A stretch of DNA of 26,623 nucleotides, taken from IMG/VR virus record IMGVR_UViG_3300025769_000695, positions 1 to 26,623 of that record; one strand, written 5' to 3'. The DNA comes from a virus (Duplodnaviria; Caudoviricetes). Shown here one piece after another: positions 23,664 to 26,623 of this stretch. Each line of letters starts with the position of its first letter. Position 1 is the stretch's first letter. The notes beneath the pieces were generated by a model. The model was not told the DNA's origin, searched no databases, and saw only the letters and a list, made by a program, of their open reading frames with translations. The translations under genes were made by a program, and so were the position numbers.

Positions 23664-23992
23664 TCTAGTATATCTATTAAAAGAAATTTAGCCGTTCTGT
23701 CGCTCGCTTCGTTACTTGCTCCCTTGAGCCTAACTTTGTTCACGTCTTTAAACACATCAGCAGGTAAAGAATGCTTACCAGTTGCTACCGTTACACTATA
23801 CTTGTTTCCAAACGTATCGTATATGTCGAACCACGTTCCATCAATTTCCGCTTGTACGTCAAATGATGTGTTCGTGTACGTTCCTTCTAGAATCAGAGAA
23901 CCCACTTCAAATTGGTCGCCTGACCGTTGAAAATCTATTGCTGAAGACGTAGCTGCTCCAGATGCGATGGTTGTTACTTCTAGTTTTGCCAT
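23660..23992 (-). CDS. Small beta-rich structural protein
   Basis: 110 aa; TTIASGAATSSAID, DVQAEIDGTWFDIYD; in the tail region. Confidence 0.6.
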   Translation of the reverse strand: MAKLEVTTIASGAATSSAIDFQRSGDQFEVGSLILEGTYTNTSFDVQAEIDGTWFDIYDTFGNKYSVTVATGKHSLPADVFKDVNKVRLKGASNEASDRTAKFLLIDILD

Positions 23993-24021
23993 AGGTCAAT
24001 TAAGTTTGAGCTTCAAAGTAA

Positions 24022-24156
24022 TTAGTTTTGTTGGTCGTTTTCAATACGAACTTTGTAGGAATGTATGATTTGTTGAATGAGAGCATGAGCCTCATAGTTA
24101 ACGTTGAGCTTTCTAAGGTCGTTCTGTATTGCTTCGAGTAATTCTAGTGGTGTCAT
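24022..24156 (-). CDS. Small hypothetical protein (44 aa; not in ORF track)
   Basis: MTPLELLEAIQNDLRKLNVNYEAHALIQQIIHSYKVRIENDQQN; ATGA overlap with the tail gene stop. Confidence 0.6.
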   Translation of the reverse strand: MTPLELLEAIQNDLRKLNVNYEAHALIQQIIHSYKVRIENDQQN

Positions 24157-26623
24157 GATGTTGATATTGTTACATATTTAGCGTTTCCGTCAGAGTCCTT
24201 TATATATAATCTAAAGGAAGACCCAACGTCTACTGCCCCAACACTTAAATAACCAACATCTGGTGTTTTAAGGTTTTGTACACTTCCTATGTCTGGAACT
24301 TGTAGACCCCCAGTCTTAATATCCATTCCAACCATCTCGAAGCCATTACTATCGGCAGTAAATTGTTTTATAGGACTATTAAATACGGATAATCCATTAG
24401 AGTTCAAAGTTACTTTTGTTTGGTCATAAGCTCCAAGAGTAACATCGTATACAAAGATATATTGGTCTTGAGCCTTAGATGTTGTATCAAAATTATCAAA
24501 TTCAACGCTCCATCGTATTGCCTCGTAATCGTCTCTTATAACGGCACTAACATCTATAGACGTTTGAGAGAAACCACTTAAGTCACTAGGAACAATCTTT
24601 GTTTCAGCTATTTGAAAATAATCATAACCACTAGCTTGAGTATTGTCAGTTATGTTTTTATAGGCATATACCCTTAAAAATAATTCTCCATATTGCCAAG
24701 CGTTAGCAGTAGGAGCCGTTCTTATATCAAATGTGTATGTTAAGGTCTTTCCGAAATATGATGATAATGTTCCTGATGTTCCGCTATCGCTCCAACCCTC
24801 ATCTTGCCACATCTTAATAGCATTACTACCATTAGAGCTATCAATAGTAAATTGAACATAATCTCCAGAGGCATCATAGCTAAATGTAGAGCTACCAATT
24901 CGGTCAGCCTCCCATCCTACACTATCATCTAAATAACCAAAATCACCACTAGGATTACTAGGCGTGCTAGGGTCTAAAGGATGGTCTTTGAAGTTTACTG
25001 TACTACTGAAATCAGCGTTAGTAATAATGCTTGTTGCGTTGGTTGGTGTGTATCCACCTAAAGATGTAGTGCCACTATCTATGAGTAAATTACCAGCAGA
25101 TAAATCAAAGTCATCGCTTTGTATTTCTAAGGCTGACGCACTAAAATCAAACTTGATTCTATTACCAGTGGCGTCACCAATCAAAGCGTCACCAGTTCCA
25201 TCAAAGTAGATGCCTGCGCCAGTGGTAATTCCAGTAGGAGGCGTTGCGCCTAATGCTATCTTACCACTATTGGTTGCACTGTCTATAACAAGAGTTGTAG
25301 CATTTAAGTTAAATGTACTTACATCTATCGTAGCTCCTGAACCTGATATGGAAACAGTGCTAGACGTACCTGAAAGAATACCGCCACCAAATGAAAAGGT
25401 TTTATCCTGCTTAAAGAAGTCGTTAGCACCTATCGTAATGCCGTCTGTGCTATCTATAGTCATTGACCCAGCAGCAAGGTCAAAGGTATCTGTAACAATA
25501 CTAACAGTAGAGCCATTAAACTTTATATACGAATCCGTTCCTTGTTGTATCGTACCAACTCTAAAATTACCATCTCCAGTTACAAAAAATCCTACTCCAT
25601 CATCGACTAATTGATTGTCAGCGTCAGCTCCAACTATTAATCTACCATTACCTGCACTATTTAAAACTACTGTACTCGTCTCTAAGTCAAAGGACTCCGC
25701 TTTTATATCTAATGCAGAATTAGCTAGTCTAATGTAGTTATTAGCATCTGCATACGCCTTAAACTCACCAGCACCATCAGCAATAAATCCTACTTCAGTT
25801 CCATCTATAGTGATTGAATTAGCTGAAGTTCCTAGTGCTACTTTGTTATTGGTGCTATCTATGACTAGCGTAGGTGTAGCTAAATTAAATGTATCAGTAA
25901 CAACATTTAAATCCGTTCCGTTATATTCTAAATAATTTCCAGAACCACTAGTTCCCTTCGTTAAATCCCCGACTAATAAAGCACCCGTTAAAAAAGTATT
26001 TTCTCCAAAAAATCCAAAACTAGTAACATTACTATAAGTGCTAGTTAAGTTAGCAAGGTTACCACTTTGCGTGATTACCGTTATGACCGTATCATTATCT
26101 AATGGATTAGGTGAACCACTTACTGTGTTAGTCCATTGTACGATTCTGTTATATGGAACTTTGGTAAAATCTGTTGTACCACTTCTATCAAGTACAGTCC
26201 TTTCAATATAGTAGCTACCTGAAGTTCCATAGTCTAATAGTATGTTGCCTTTGTTTACCGTTCTTCCTACTGCCGTACCAGACTCACCTGCATGCGTTAT
26301 GGTATAATCCCAAGTTTGTGTACCGCCTGCAACACTAGCGTAATTAGATACAGTTCCGTATACATCGAATATAGCAAGTCCGCTAGTTGAATCAACGACT
26401 CTAGCCCTTACATGGTCACCAGCCTCAAATACTTGAAAACCGCTAAGTCCTTCTAGGTCTTCCACCGTGATGCTTACAGATGCGCCAACACTAGGAACTA
26501 CGAATGATGCGTTTAACTTAGCAACTGACTTCGTTAGTATATCAGACCCTGCTAATGCTTGTGCCACGTCTGCCGTAAATGCTTTAGCTACTAACTCATC
26601 TATATACAATGTTCTAAAGTCAC
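24153..26623 (-). CDS. Large tail/fibre protein, 5'-truncated by the window edge
   Basis: Frame is open past 26609 to the edge (DFRTLYIDEL); more than 818 aa, G/S/T/D-rich with internal F(D/N)L repeats. Confidence 0.75.
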   Translation of the reverse strand, partial: DFRTLYIDELVAKAFTADVAQALAGSDILTKSVAKLNASFVVPSVGASVSITVEDLEGLSGFQVFEAGDHVRARVVDSTSGLAIFDVYGTVSNYASVAGGTQTWDYTITHAGESGTAVGRTVNKGNILLDYGTSGSYYIERTVLDRSGTTDFTKVPYNRIVQWTNTVSGSPNPLDNDTVITVITQSGNLANLTSTYSNVTSFGFFGENTFLTGALLVGDLTKGTSGSGNYLEYNGTDLNVVTDTFNLATPTLVIDSTNNKVALGTSANSITIDGTEVGFIADGAGEFKAYADANNYIRLANSALDIKAESFDLETSTVVLNSAGNGRLIVGADADNQLVDDGVGFFVTGDGNFRVGTIQQGTDSYIKFNGSTVSIVTDTFDLAAGSMTIDSTDGITIGANDFFKQDKTFSFGGGILSGTSSTVSISGSGATIDVSTFNLNATTLVIDSATNSGKIALGATPPTGITTGAGIYFDGTGDALIGDATGNRIKFDFSASALEIQSDDFDLSAGNLLIDSGTTSLGGYTPTNATSIITNADFSSTVNFKDHPLDPSTPSNPSGDFGYLDDSVGWEADRIGSSTFSYDASGDYVQFTIDSSNGSNAIKMWQDEGWSDSGTSGTLSSYFGKTLTYTFDIRTAPTANAWQYGELFLRVYAYKNITDNTQASGYDYFQIAETKIVPSDLSGFSQTSIDVSAVIRDDYEAIRWSVEFDNFDTTSKAQDQYIFVYDVTLGAYDQTKVTLNSNGLSVFNSPIKQFTADSNGFEMVGMDIKTGGLQVPDIGSVQNLKTPDVGYLSVGAVDVGSSFRLYIKDSDGNAKYVTISTS

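Noticed and set aside
629-25614. Plus-strand ORFs in the ORF track (e.g. 4661..5053, 13617..13982, 25210..25614) and nested minus ORFs 4752..4997 and 13574..13777
   Set aside because: They lie inside well-supported genes, have no recognisable motifs and look like shadow frames.
21801-26623. Diversity-generating retroelement or invertible fibre cassette
   Set aside because: No reverse transcriptase, no recombinase and no adenine-variant TR/VR pair seen in the window.
1-26623. Stop-codon reassignment
   Set aside because: Core genes (terL, portal, capsid) are full length in the standard code, and TAA, TAG and TGA all end genes.
1-26623. Integrated prophage or att site
   Set aside because: No host genes, integrase or clear CI repressor in the window; lifestyle cannot be determined.

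Overview
A 26.6 kb fragment of a tailed dsDNA phage (HK97-fold capsid) with nearly every gene on the minus strand. In transcription order (right to left) it carries: a large tail/fibre protein (5'-truncated) and a GNVGIG-repeat tail fibre with small partner genes; a metallophosphoesterase; an early/recombination/replication block (ERF, HTH proteins, NinG, SSB, replication initiator with internal iterons); a ParB-N/DNA methylase; TerS and TerL; a separately promoted accessory operon inserted between TerL and portal (small ORFs, HTH, MT-A70 methylase, DnaA-C-like protein); portal; a lysis trio; head morphogenesis protein; a glycosyltransferase/FkbM cassette; a multi-domain prohead protease; major capsid; and head-tail joining genes. 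Two TTTG-N19-TAnnTTTG promoters and A-rich leaders lacking a Shine-Dalgarno suggest a host in Bacteroidota or a related phylum (inference). No integrase, CRISPR array, reverse transcriptase or complete tRNA was seen. The most unusual signals are non-coding: (i) three minus-strand terminators, each preceded by a sequence antisense to a translation start, one of them complementary to the leader shared by the phage's own early genes; (ii) twin early operons that share promoter, leader, a covarying cUNCGg hairpin and paralogous HTH genes; (iii) a mini tRNA-like fold after the capsid gene; (iv) a methylase flanked by 19-bp direct repeats. All calls are by eye and by motif recall; no searches were run.
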